DNA from: Spirochaetia bacterium
GTDB lineage: Bacteria > Spirochaetota > Spirochaetia > UBA9216
Assembly: GCA_965140585.1 (NCBI GenBank)
Contig: OZ223267.1
Coordinates: forward strand, 475,166-539,165
Direction of reading: 5' to 3'
DNA length: 64,000 nt
The position numbers were made by a program, and so were the translations under genes. Position 1 is the stretch's first letter, and every line of letters starts with the position of its first letter. Below are positions 20,590 to 29,148 of the stretch, one piece after another. Below the pieces are notes generated by a model, which was not told where the DNA came from, ran no database searches, and worked only from the letters and a program-made list of their open reading frames with translations.

Positions 20590-21460
20590 AAGTTATAAAC
20601 TGGAGAAGGCAAGAAACTTTGCGCAGATGTTCTTTTCTCATCGAATGGGGCTCTGGGGATTTATAATTTTCAGTCTGTTTATTGTGATGGCTCTTTTTGC
20701 CCCTTTTCTTGGAACTGTCGATCCTCACCGGTCGGGAGATGTTGATAAAATCCTGATCAGTCCCAATGCGGGGGCATGGCTGGGAACAGATGACCTTGCA
20801 CGCGATGTCTGGAGCCAGGTTATCTACGGCAGCCGCATATCGCTCACAATCGGTTTTATTACAGCAATTATTACTGTGATCACGGGGACTATAGTAGGTA
20901 TGATTGCAGGCTTCAAAGGCGGAGTTGTAGATGAAATACTTATGAGGGTTGTAGACTTCTTTATGATGCTTCCCCAGCTCCCGCTTATGATTGTGCTTGC
21001 CGCAGTTATGGGTGCAAGTATATGGAATATAGTCATCGTAATCAGTATTGTCAGCTGGCCGTCAACAGCAAGACTTGTACGCTCTCAGGTTCTTTCTCTT
21101 AAGGAACGGCCCTTTGTTGAAGCGGCAAGATGTCTAGGCGCAGGTGATGCAACCATGATGCTGCGTGAGATTCTTCCTAATGTTATCCCGGTTATGTTCG
21201 CTCAGGCGGTTCTGATGGTTACAGAAACTATCTATGCTGAAGCAGTTCTGAGCTTTCTCGGGCTTGGCGATCCAACCAAGATAAGCTGGGGAACAATGCT
21301 GCATTTCTGTTTTGAGTCAGGAGCCATGGCAAGAGCTGTATGGTGGGTACTTCCACCGATTGCATGTATTGTAGGCTTGATAATCAGTTTTTCTTTTCTG
21401 GGGACCTCGGTTACAGATATTCTGACACCCGGTTATAAAGAGAAAATGGGATATTCGTGA
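20579..21460 (+). CDS. Peptide/nickel ABC transporter permease (OppC/DppC family)
   Basis: WLGTDDLARD, GSRISL, ARLVRSQVLSLKERPFVEAA, LSFLGLG, SWG. Confidence 0.92.
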   Translation: MNIKSYKLEKARNFAQMFFSHRMGLWGFIIFSLFIVMALFAPFLGTVDPHRSGDVDKILISPNAGAWLGTDDLARDVWSQVIYGSRISLTIGFITAIITVITGTIVGMIAGFKGGVVDEILMRVVDFFMMLPQLPLMIVLAAVMGASIWNIVIVISIVSWPSTARLVRSQVLSLKERPFVEAARCLGAGDATMMLREILPNVIPVMFAQAVLMVTETIYAEAVLSFLGLGDPTKISWGTMLHFCFESGAMARAVWWVLPPIACIVGLIISFSFLGTSVTDILTPGYKEKMGYS

Positions 21461-21469
21461 GGTACCTGA

Positions 21470-22429
21470 ATGAACTTACTTGAAGTAAAAGACCTTTGTG
21501 TTGACTATGAAATGAAAAAAGGAACTGCAAGGGCTGTAAATAATGTTAATTTTGAATTGAAGAAGGGTGAAACCTTCGGACTGATTGGAGAATCCGGTTG
21601 TGGTAAGACAACAACCGCTATGGCTCTGATGGGCTTTGTTTCTCCTCCCGGAAGAATAAGCCAGGGGTCGGTCGAGTTTAAAGGCGAAGATATTAGAACT
21701 TATTCAAAGGAAAAGATGCGTCAGCTGCGAGGTAATTCTATCTCCATAGTCAGGCAGGAAGCTCAGAACGCTCTGAATCCAGTATTAACTATCGGTGATC
21801 AGATTGCAGAGGTTTTGAAGGAACATGGTATTACCAAACAGTCTGAAGTCGACGCAAGGGTGAAAAAGCAGCTTGAGATGGTCGGTATTACACCTGATCG
21901 AAAAAACAGTTATCCCTTTGAGTTCAGCGGCGGAATGAGACAGAGGGTAATGATTGCTCTTGCAGCTATATGTGAGCCTGATCTGATGATACTTGACGAG
22001 CCTATAACCGGTCTGGATGTAATTGTTCAGCGACAGCTTCTGACTCTGCTTACAGACCTTAGAAAGAAGATGAATCTTACAGCACTGCTGATTGCCCATG
22101 ACCTTGCAGTTATTGCTGAGATGTGTGACAGGGTTGCTGTTATGTACGGCGGTTATATTGTAGAAAATTCTGAAGTGGCAAAACTCTATGAAGATCCCCA
22201 GCATCCGTACAGTAAGGCTCTTATTGAGTCATATCCGAAGATAACCGGAGAGAAGAAGGAACTTAAGAGTATTCCTGGCGCACCTCCAAAGCTGCTTGAG
22301 AAGCCGGACGGATGTCTTTTTGCGGACAGATGTCCTCAGGCCATGCCTGTCTGCCGGAAAACTGTACCTGAGCTTATTGATGTAGACGGCAGCCAAGTTA
22401 GATGCCATCTGTATGGAGGAGAGAAATGA
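21470..22429 (+). CDS. Peptide ABC transporter ATP-binding protein (OppD/DppD)
   Basis: GESGCGKT, FSGGMRQRV, HPYS, GCLFADRC...C...CHL C-terminus. Confidence 0.93.
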   Translation: MNLLEVKDLCVDYEMKKGTARAVNNVNFELKKGETFGLIGESGCGKTTTAMALMGFVSPPGRISQGSVEFKGEDIRTYSKEKMRQLRGNSISIVRQEAQNALNPVLTIGDQIAEVLKEHGITKQSEVDARVKKQLEMVGITPDRKNSYPFEFSGGMRQRVMIALAAICEPDLMILDEPITGLDVIVQRQLLTLLTDLRKKMNLTALLIAHDLAVIAEMCDRVAVMYGGYIVENSEVAKLYEDPQHPYSKALIESYPKITGEKKELKSIPGAPPKLLEKPDGCLFADRCPQAMPVCRKTVPELIDVDGSQVRCHLYGGEK

Positions 22430-23433
22430 GCGACGCAGTGAATATACTTGAGGTCCGAGACCTGAAAAAATATTTCCCGCTGAAAAAAGATAATATTTTT
22501 TCGAAAAAGCCGCGAAAGATACTCAAGGCTGTAGACGGGCTTAACTTTTCCGTAGGAAAGGGTGAAATCCTTGGGTTCGTCGGAGAGTCAGGCTGCGGTA
22601 AATCAACAATGAGCCGTTCGATAATACAGCTTATACAGCCGACATCCGGTAATGTGATACATGACGGAGTTGATCTAACAACACTGTCAAAGCCGGAAAT
22701 GAGAGCTCGGAGAAAATGTATACAGATGATCTTTCAGGATCCTTTCGGCTCTCTTAATCCAAGGAGATCTGTATCAGAAACGCTCCGGATGGTTTTGAAA
22801 ATTCATGATGTATGCAAGACTCTTGAAGAAGAGGATCAGCTGATACATAATGTTCTTGAAGAAGTAGGGCTTACCCCGGTTGAATCCTTCTGGGACAAAT
22901 TTCCGGCCATGATGAGCGGAGGTCAGCTTCAGCGTGTGAGTATGGCGAGGGTTCTGATGCTCAGACCTGATTTTATAATAGCAGATGAACCGGTATCTAT
23001 GCTTGATGTTTCAGTACGTATCGGCGTTCTGGATCTGCTTCTCAGAATGAGGAAGAAGTACGATATATCATTCATCTATATTACTCATGACCTTGCCACA
23101 GCCAGGTACGTTTGTGACAGAATTGCGATTATGTATCTCGGGAGGATTGTTGAGATGGGTCCGACAGAAGAGATTCTGCATAACCCGCAGCATCCATATA
23201 CTAAGGCACTCATAGCCGCGGTTCCCGAACCGGATCCAAGACGTGAAAAGCTGGAACTTCCGATCAAGGAATGGACCAAGGATTCTTATATAGAGAATGA
23301 TAATGCCTGTCTGTTCTTTCCAAGGTGTCCTGAAGGCCGTGAAGTCTGCCGTCATAAAAAGCCTGTGATGATTGATATTGTAAAAGGGCATACTGCTGCC
23401 TGTCATGCCGTGCATAAAGACAGTGAGTATTGA
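22426..23433 (+). CDS. Peptide ABC transporter ATP-binding protein (OppF/DppF)
   Basis: AVDG, GESGCGKS, SGGQLQR, DEPVSMLDVS, HPYT; ATG 22426 after GGAGGA. Confidence 0.93.
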   Translation: MSDAVNILEVRDLKKYFPLKKDNIFSKKPRKILKAVDGLNFSVGKGEILGFVGESGCGKSTMSRSIIQLIQPTSGNVIHDGVDLTTLSKPEMRARRKCIQMIFQDPFGSLNPRRSVSETLRMVLKIHDVCKTLEEEDQLIHNVLEEVGLTPVESFWDKFPAMMSGGQLQRVSMARVLMLRPDFIIADEPVSMLDVSVRIGVLDLLLRMRKKYDISFIYITHDLATARYVCDRIAIMYLGRIVEMGPTEEILHNPQHPYTKALIAAVPEPDPRREKLELPIKEWTKDSYIENDNACLFFPRCPEGREVCRHKKPVMIDIVKGHTAACHAVHKDSEY

Positions 23434-23453
23434 TTCTGATATAATAAACTAAT

Positions 23454-23476
23454 GGCCGGGATTGCCCGGCTTTTTT
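23454..23476 (+). terminator. Rho-independent terminator
   Basis: GCCGGG-attg-CCCGGC followed by T6. Confidence 0.85.
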
Positions 23477-23510
23477 ATTTTAAGATAAATATCAGGGATG
23501 CGATTTTGAT

Positions 23511-24725
23511 ATGAAGAAGCGGTCTGCCTTGTTTGAGCGGAACAAGATAGAAGAACTAAATATAATCACTAATTTTCAACCTCTTTACTCAGTAACTGAA
23601 AAGAAGTACATAGGTGTCGAAGCTCTTTCCCGTGCAGATTACAAGGGTGATTTTCTGTCTGCAGGCCAGCTGTTCTCAATTCCGTCAAATGATAATGAAA
23701 AACTTTCCCTGAATATGAAGTGTATTTATTCTGCTATATACACTTTTAAAAAGCAGAACTACTCCGATGAGTATACAATGTTTCTTAACTTCGATTCATC
23801 CATTCTCGACAGCGGACTGATCGAAGAAGAGCATTTTCTGAGTGTCGACCAGATTGATGTTAATCCGAACCAGATAGTCATAGAACTCATTGAATCGAAT
23901 GTTGGTGATTTCGATCTTCTTATTAATTTTGTTAAATTCTATCGAAATTTAGGTTTTCTGATAGCGCTTGACGATGTCGGTGCAGGGTATTCAGGTCTGG
24001 ACAGACTTGTGAAGATTAAACCGGATATTATTAAAATTGACCGCTCTCTGGTCAACGGTGTTTCAAAGGAATACCATAAAAGGGAAGTCTGCAGGTCTCT
24101 GATTGAACTTACTCATAATATCGGAGCGCTATCTCTTTCAGAGGGAGTTGAAACCCTTGATGACGCAATAGAATGTCAGCAGCTGGGAACAGATTTAATT
24201 CAGGGATATTTCTTTTCAAAGCCGCTTTCCCGGCTTCCTTCTCCTTATGACAGTAGTGATCAGGGAAATCAGCTGGTTTCAGCCTGGAAGACAAAGGTTG
24301 AGTTCAAGCAGAAAATACTCACGCATAATATTCAGAGTATCAAATCCAGAGCTTCTGAAATTGCAGCAAGCCTTGAGAAGAAGGATTCTTCAGAAGTTGA
24401 TCGTATTTTACTGGCGTATCTTGATTGCTCATCGGATATTGAATGCATGTATATACTTAATGAATGGGGAATTCAGGTATCAGAAACTTATCTAAACTCT
24501 GAAGTCAGCCGTAAAACACATTCCCTGTTTCAGCCGGCAAGAATGGGGACGGATCATTCATTGAAGCACTATTTTCAGAAGAGGCTCAAGAATCAGAAAT
24601 ACTATATCTCCGACCCTTACATATCCAGAGCAACCGGGAATTTCTGCAGGACTATATCCTGCAGCTGGCATGATGGTGCAGCTTCAGAATATTACCTATG
24701 CCTCGATATTTCGCATTCCTATTGA
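23511..24725 (+). CDS. EAL-domain c-di-GMP phosphodiesterase with C-terminal sensor (YkuI_C/Cache-like) domain
   Basis: FQP, EALSR, LFN-like FLN, IALDDVGAGYS, IKIDRSL, EGVET, QGYFF; C-terminal SDPYISRATG. Confidence 0.9.
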   Translation: MKKRSALFERNKIEELNIITNFQPLYSVTEKKYIGVEALSRADYKGDFLSAGQLFSIPSNDNEKLSLNMKCIYSAIYTFKKQNYSDEYTMFLNFDSSILDSGLIEEEHFLSVDQIDVNPNQIVIELIESNVGDFDLLINFVKFYRNLGFLIALDDVGAGYSGLDRLVKIKPDIIKIDRSLVNGVSKEYHKREVCRSLIELTHNIGALSLSEGVETLDDAIECQQLGTDLIQGYFFSKPLSRLPSPYDSSDQGNQLVSAWKTKVEFKQKILTHNIQSIKSRASEIAASLEKKDSSEVDRILLAYLDCSSDIECMYILNEWGIQVSETYLNSEVSRKTHSLFQPARMGTDHSLKHYFQKRLKNQKYYISDPYISRATGNFCRTISCSWHDGAASEYYLCLDISHSY

Positions 24726-24734
24726 TAGCTCTGT

Positions 24735-24905
24735 TTATTTTCTCAGCACAGTGGTGGTGCATGAGCTCTGAATTAGAAACAGCAGATCGTGATATTGTTT
24801 TTCAAGCATTAATAGGCGTATGCAGTCAGGGTTTTCTGAGAAGAAGATCTTCAGTCTTAAGTTGATTATGGCTTTTTTCAAGCAGGTTCTCTGTTCTATA
24901 GTCAT
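24735..24905 (-). CDS. Small hypothetical protein (56 aa), below the ORF-track cutoff
   Basis: MTIEQRTCLKKAIINLRLKIFFSENPDCIRLLMLEKQYHDLLFLIQSSCTTTVLRK*, preceded by AGGA 6 nt upstream; fills the gap next to the EAL gene. Confidence 0.4.
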   Translation of the reverse strand: MTIEQRTCLKKAIINLRLKIFFSENPDCIRLLMLEKQYHDLLFLIQSSCTTTVLRK

Positions 24906-24960
24906 ATCTTTTCCTGATGACTAATCAAGCCATCCTAAGAATATACATTCTTTTTATAAA

Positions 24961-25007
24961 AAATCTATAAAACCAGTGTAAATTAGATATAAATTCTATA
25001 AAACCAG
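24961..25007. repeat. 16-bp direct repeat, putative operator pair
   Basis: AAATCTATAAAACCAG (24961-24976) and AATTCTATAAAACCAG (24992-25007), 31-bp period. Confidence 0.6.
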
Positions 25008-25097
25008 CTTATAAACCTCCCAAAGGCTCCATTCTTAGCAGAATTTATCCGGGACAATCAGAATTGGATTATGGAATATCATTTATTGACATCAGGA

Positions 25098-25126
25098 TTG
25101 ACAGTAGAAAAAATGACACTTAACAT
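25098..25126 (+). promoter_or_regulatory. Sigma70 promoter of the dehydratase-like gene
   Basis: TTGACA-N17-TAACAT. Confidence 0.6.
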
Positions 25127-25269
25127 CTGTCTATAACAGCACGACCCTTCCGTTTCTATTGAAACAATGCTGTTGCCATGGATGAATAAGAGCAATTGGG
25201 AGATATGCAGCTGTATATCTCCCATACCTTTCAACCAGAAAAAATTACCTTAACTATGGAGGAAATTAG

Positions 25270-26850
25270 ATGGGTATTGGAACATATGAACAGTACAAAG
25301 AACGACTTCTCAAGATGAAGCCAAATGTATATTTACATGGTGAGAAAGTAGACAGATCAGGCGATTGGATTGACGGCGGAACATACGTTATGAAGCAGAC
25401 CTATGACTGCGCTAACGATCCTGACTACGAAGATCTCTGTACTGCTACTTCACATCTTACAGGTGAAAAAATCAGCCGATGGACTCACATTCACAGAACC
25501 CAGGATGACCTTTTTAAAAAGCAGCTCATGACCAGGATTATGTGTCACAGAGTTGGCGGATGTACACAGAGATGTATGGGTACAGATGCTCTCAACGCTC
25601 TTGCTGTTGTTACCTATGATATGGATCAGGCTTGCGGAACTAAGTACCACGAGAGATTCAACAAGTACCTTGAGTACTCACAGAAGAACGACCTTGTTGC
25701 CAACTGTGCTCAGACTGATGTTAAGGGTTCAAGAAATCCGAAATACAAGAGAGCTCACATGCAGCCGGATCCTGACCAGTTCGTACACGTTGTAGAAACA
25801 AACGTAGATGGTATCGGTCTTGACGGAAAGCCCTGTAAGGGTATGATCGTTCGCGGTGCAAAGATTTGTAACTCAAACGCTCCTTATGTTGATGAAATCA
25901 TCGTTACTCCTACCAAGTTCATGGGTTCAGGTGACGAAGCATACGCTTGTGCATTTGCTCTTCCTGCCGACTGGCCCGGCGTTAAGCTCATGGCTCTTCC
26001 CGGAAAGCATCACAAGAGAAAGCATATCGAAGCTCCTTTTGCACTCGTAGGTGATGTTGAATCACTCACAATCTTCGATGATACTTTCGTACCTGAAGAC
26101 AGAATCTTCATGAACGGTCTTGATCAGCCGGATGTTCTTCAGTATGCAGGTTACCTTGCCCTGATGTTCGCTCACTTCCACAGACACTCATACACCGGTT
26201 GTAAGACTGCTGTATCAGAAGTTATTGCAGCACAGGCAGCACTTGTTGCAGACGTTAACGACATTGCTAAAGAGCACCACGTAAGAGAGAAGATCTCTGA
26301 CATCGTTGGTACTGCAGAGCTTGTTTTCGCAGCAGGTCAGGCAGCAGCTCTCAGAGCTGTTCAGTTCCCCAACGGTTCATGGGTACCTGATGAGGTTCTT
26401 ACCAACGCTGGTAGAAAGCTTGCAGGTCAGAAGATTTACCACGAGTACGAAACTCTTGCAGACCTTACAGGCGGTATTTCTGCATCACTTCCTACAGAAG
26501 AATCATTCTATGATCCTGAAACTGCAGAACTCTGTAACAAGTACATCATGAGAAATCCTGCTTACACAGCAGAAGAAACTCACAGAGTTATGAGAATGAT
26601 GGAGAACAAGCTTTGTGACGCTTTCGAAGGTGCACAGGCTGTAGCCGGTGTTCACGGCGGTGGTTCACCTCTTATGGAAACTATCGTTATGATGGCAAGA
26701 TACGATCTCGAAGCTCTTAAAGATATTGCAAAATACCTTGCAGGTTTCGAAGGCTACGAGAAGTGCCCGAGATACGAAAGAGCAACTGCTACACCAAGAG
26801 CTATGCTTGACAGATTCAGAAAAACTGAAATGGGAAAGAAAGAAGCGTAA
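25270..26850 (+). CDS. 4-hydroxybutyryl-CoA dehydratase-like FAD/[4Fe-4S] enzyme (HpaB/AbfD family), divergent
   Basis: CTQRC..D cluster motif, QTDVKG, VRGAK, HRHSYTGCK, HGGGSP; RBS GGAGG; codon usage typical of a highly expressed gene. Confidence 0.8.
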   Translation: MGIGTYEQYKERLLKMKPNVYLHGEKVDRSGDWIDGGTYVMKQTYDCANDPDYEDLCTATSHLTGEKISRWTHIHRTQDDLFKKQLMTRIMCHRVGGCTQRCMGTDALNALAVVTYDMDQACGTKYHERFNKYLEYSQKNDLVANCAQTDVKGSRNPKYKRAHMQPDPDQFVHVVETNVDGIGLDGKPCKGMIVRGAKICNSNAPYVDEIIVTPTKFMGSGDEAYACAFALPADWPGVKLMALPGKHHKRKHIEAPFALVGDVESLTIFDDTFVPEDRIFMNGLDQPDVLQYAGYLALMFAHFHRHSYTGCKTAVSEVIAAQAALVADVNDIAKEHHVREKISDIVGTAELVFAAGQAAALRAVQFPNGSWVPDEVLTNAGRKLAGQKIYHEYETLADLTGGISASLPTEESFYDPETAELCNKYIMRNPAYTAEETHRVMRMMENKLCDAFEGAQAVAGVHGGGSPLMETIVMMARYDLEALKDIAKYLAGFEGYEKCPRYERATATPRAMLDRFRKTEMGKKEA

Positions 26851-26872
26851 GTTTACTTTCCTGACTATATAC

Positions 26873-26908
26873 AAAGGCCCTGTGAAGTTCTGCTTTGCGG
26901 GGCTTTTT
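26873..26908. terminator. Bidirectional terminator between convergent genes
   Basis: AAAGGCCCTGTGAAG-ttctg-CTTTGCGGGGCTTTTT. Confidence 0.7.
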
Positions 26909-27615
26909 TATTCATCATATATTGAGACTATACCATTAATGGTTTTTTTAAGGGATTCCTGAAAGGTGCTGACTGCGCCTTTGGTATCCTTTTCTTTTAT
27001 GTTTTTCACAAGTTCGAGGGTGTTCTTGTACAGCTGCTCATTTCCATGCAGGGTAAAATACTTTTCCCACAACATGGTAGAGAGCTCCTTGAAAGAGTAG
27101 AAGATGACCGGAAGCATTGTGTTGCCTGAAAGAATACAGAGTTCCTGATGGAATATGAAAATTGTTTCAGCAGAGTTTTCAGGGGTTCTGGATTTTCCAA
27201 AATTATCCGCCAGCTGCATCAGCACTCCTATATCAGATTCTGATACCGCAGGTACAAGCAGCTCAAGCGCCAGTGTCTCGAAGACCAGCCTGATCTCGAG
27301 AAGTGATTTCATTTCAGTTTTTTTCAGATTGCCGCCGTTGTACCGCAGAATGGCCATCAGAGTTTCAACAGTTCCCCGCCTGTGGTAGTCAGCTACAAAT
27401 GCTCCGATTCTCGGCTTTATTTCAACAAAGCCGATTCCGGCGAGTTCTGTAAGTCCTGAATTAACTACGGCGCGGCTGACGCCCATTTTCTCAGCCAGTT
27501 CTCTCTCAGGGGGAAGTCTGTCGCCTATACTTAGTTTTCCTGAAATTATCATATTCTCAATTTCTCTTACAAAAAGATCCTTTAATGAAGGGGAGGATAG
27601 TCTTGAAAACTCCAT
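26908..27615 (-). CDS. GntR family (FadR subfamily) transcriptional regulator
   Basis: GDRLPPERELAEKMGVSRAVV...EIKPRIGAFV wHTH; FCD domain EIRLVFE, FHQEL..SGN; ATG 27615 follows AGGAG. Confidence 0.92.
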   Translation of the reverse strand: MEFSRLSSPSLKDLFVREIENMIISGKLSIGDRLPPERELAEKMGVSRAVVNSGLTELAGIGFVEIKPRIGAFVADYHRRGTVETLMAILRYNGGNLKKTEMKSLLEIRLVFETLALELLVPAVSESDIGVLMQLADNFGKSRTPENSAETIFIFHQELCILSGNTMLPVIFYSFKELSTMLWEKYFTLHGNEQLYKNTLELVKNIKEKDTKGAVSTFQESLKKTINGIVSIYDE

Positions 27616-27631
27616 AAAAATGCTCCTTGTA

Positions 27632-27644
27632 CTGGTACAACCAG
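27632..27644. promoter_or_regulatory. FadR-type operator (autoregulatory)
   Basis: CTGGT-aca-ACCAG, the TGGT-N3-ACCA FadR-family pattern, just downstream of a minus-strand TTGATT-N17-TATAAT promoter (27686-27658). Confidence 0.65.
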
Positions 27645-27725
27645 AAACCAAAAAATAATTATATTATGTAAAAATCTATAAATCAATATATTTAAACAAA
27701 ATAAAATTCTATAGATAAATATTTA

Positions 27726-27765
27726 TTGACAATACCAGAATGTAGATTTAGACTGGATCTGTCAA
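27726..27765 (+). promoter_or_regulatory. Sigma70 promoter of the Ni-permease/hypB operon, overlapped by an inverted repeat
   Basis: TTGACA-N17-TAGACT; arms TTGACAATACCAG (27726-27738) and CTGGATCTGTCAA (27753-27765) are inverted repeats. Confidence 0.7.
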
Positions 27766-27780
27766 ATAAGGAGTCGAAAA

Positions 27781-28455
27781 ATGAATATTACCTTCTCTAT
27801 GCTGCTGACTGCAGCATTCACAGCGGGAATACTGCATACTCTGACAGGTCCCGATCATTACATCCCGTTTATTGTCCTATCAAGTTCCGGAAACTGGTCT
27901 ATGAAGAAAACGCTCGGCATGACTTTAATCTGTGGACTGGGGCACATTCTTTCAGCAGTCCTCGTTGCATATGGAGCACTGAAAATCAGTTCAATCATGC
28001 TAAGCCTTGAAACGATTGAAGCAATCCGAGGCGGTTTTGCAGCCTGGGCATTGACTGTCTTCGGGTTTACCTATGCGCTTTGGGGACTTAGAAAGATTAT
28101 ATCAGGAAGAAAAGCTGTGAAGGAACATACTGAGAATGTTGGACAAAACAGCAATTATGGTAAAAAGCAGTCTGTACTTGGCTGGACGCTTTTTCTAATC
28201 TTTGTCTTCGGGCCCTGTGAACCTCTCATTCCCTTCATCCTTTTTCCGGAAACTTCAGTATCAGTCAATCAGATTATTGCTGTAACTTCAGTTTTCGGTG
28301 CAGCAACCCTGCTCACAATGCTTACAGTAGTAACATTTGCAACAGCAGGTTTAAAAAGATTTCCGCTGCATAATTTTTTCAGCCGCTTCGGACATACTCT
28401 TGCCGGCAGTATTGTAGGCTGCTGCGGACTTGCTATGACCTTTCTTGGACTTTAG
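27781..28455 (+). CDS. Nickel/cobalt permease-like membrane protein (UreH/NiCoT/DsbD_2-like)
   Basis: GILHTLTGPDHY and GLGH His motifs, GPCEP, 6 TM helices, FGHTLAG. Confidence 0.75.
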   Translation: MNITFSMLLTAAFTAGILHTLTGPDHYIPFIVLSSSGNWSMKKTLGMTLICGLGHILSAVLVAYGALKISSIMLSLETIEAIRGGFAAWALTVFGFTYALWGLRKIISGRKAVKEHTENVGQNSNYGKKQSVLGWTLFLIFVFGPCEPLIPFILFPETSVSVNQIIAVTSVFGAATLLTMLTVVTFATAGLKRFPLHNFFSRFGHTLAGSIVGCCGLAMTFLGL

Positions 28456-28476
28456 TAAGGCTTAAGGAGTACGACA

Positions 28477-29148
28477 ATGGATAAATACAAGGTTATAGAA
28501 ATAAAAAAAAATGTTTTTGAAAGCAACGATAATGAAGCTGCAAAGCTCAGAGCAGGTCTAAAAAAAGACGGGGTTTTCCTTCTTAACCTGATGTCTTCAC
28601 CTGGATCCGGAAAAACTACTACAGTGATGCAGACAATAGAAAAACTAAGAGCCAGTTTGAATATTCGCGTACTGGAGGCTGACCTTGATTCTGATGTTGA
28701 TGCTGCAACTGTTCACAGTTCAGGGGTCAAGGTTCTTCAGCTTCATTCAGGCGGAATGTGTCATTTGAATGCAGATATGGTCAGACAGGGGCTGACTGAA
28801 CTGGGCACAGAGGATACAGACCTTGTTATCCTGGAGAATATTGGAAATCTGATATGTACTGCAGAGTTTGATACAGGAGCCGCAAAAAACGCAATGATAC
28901 TCAGTGTGCCGGAAGGTGATGACAAGCCGCTGAAATATCCAGCGATGTTCAGAATGACTGATGTTCTTATAGTTAACAAGATTGATGCAATGGAATTCTT
29001 TGATTTTAATCTTGAGCGGCTTGAAGGATATGTGAGGAAACTGAATCAGGATGTGAAGATATTTCCCGTATCCGCGAAGACGGGTGAAGGCATTGATGCC
29101 TGGACTGCCTGGCTAAAAAATGAAGTTGAACTTTGGAGGAAATCCTGA
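28477..29148 (+). CDS. hypB: Nickel-insertion GTPase HypB
   Basis: NLMSSPGSGKTT, GGMCHL, ENIGNLIC, SVPEGDDKPLKYP, NKID, VSAKTGEG. Confidence 0.93.
   Translation: MDKYKVIEIKKNVFESNDNEAAKLRAGLKKDGVFLLNLMSSPGSGKTTTVMQTIEKLRASLNIRVLEADLDSDVDAATVHSSGVKVLQLHSGGMCHLNADMVRQGLTELGTEDTDLVILENIGNLICTAEFDTGAAKNAMILSVPEGDDKPLKYPAMFRMTDVLIVNKIDAMEFFDFNLERLEGYVRKLNQDVKIFPVSAKTGEGIDAWTAWLKNEVELWRKS

Noticed and set aside
25270-26850. Annotation as 4-hydroxyphenylacetate 3-monooxygenase
   Set aside because: The Fe-S ligands (CxxxC, H..Y..CK), the anaerobic gene context and the absence of a flavin reductase favour the dehydratase branch.
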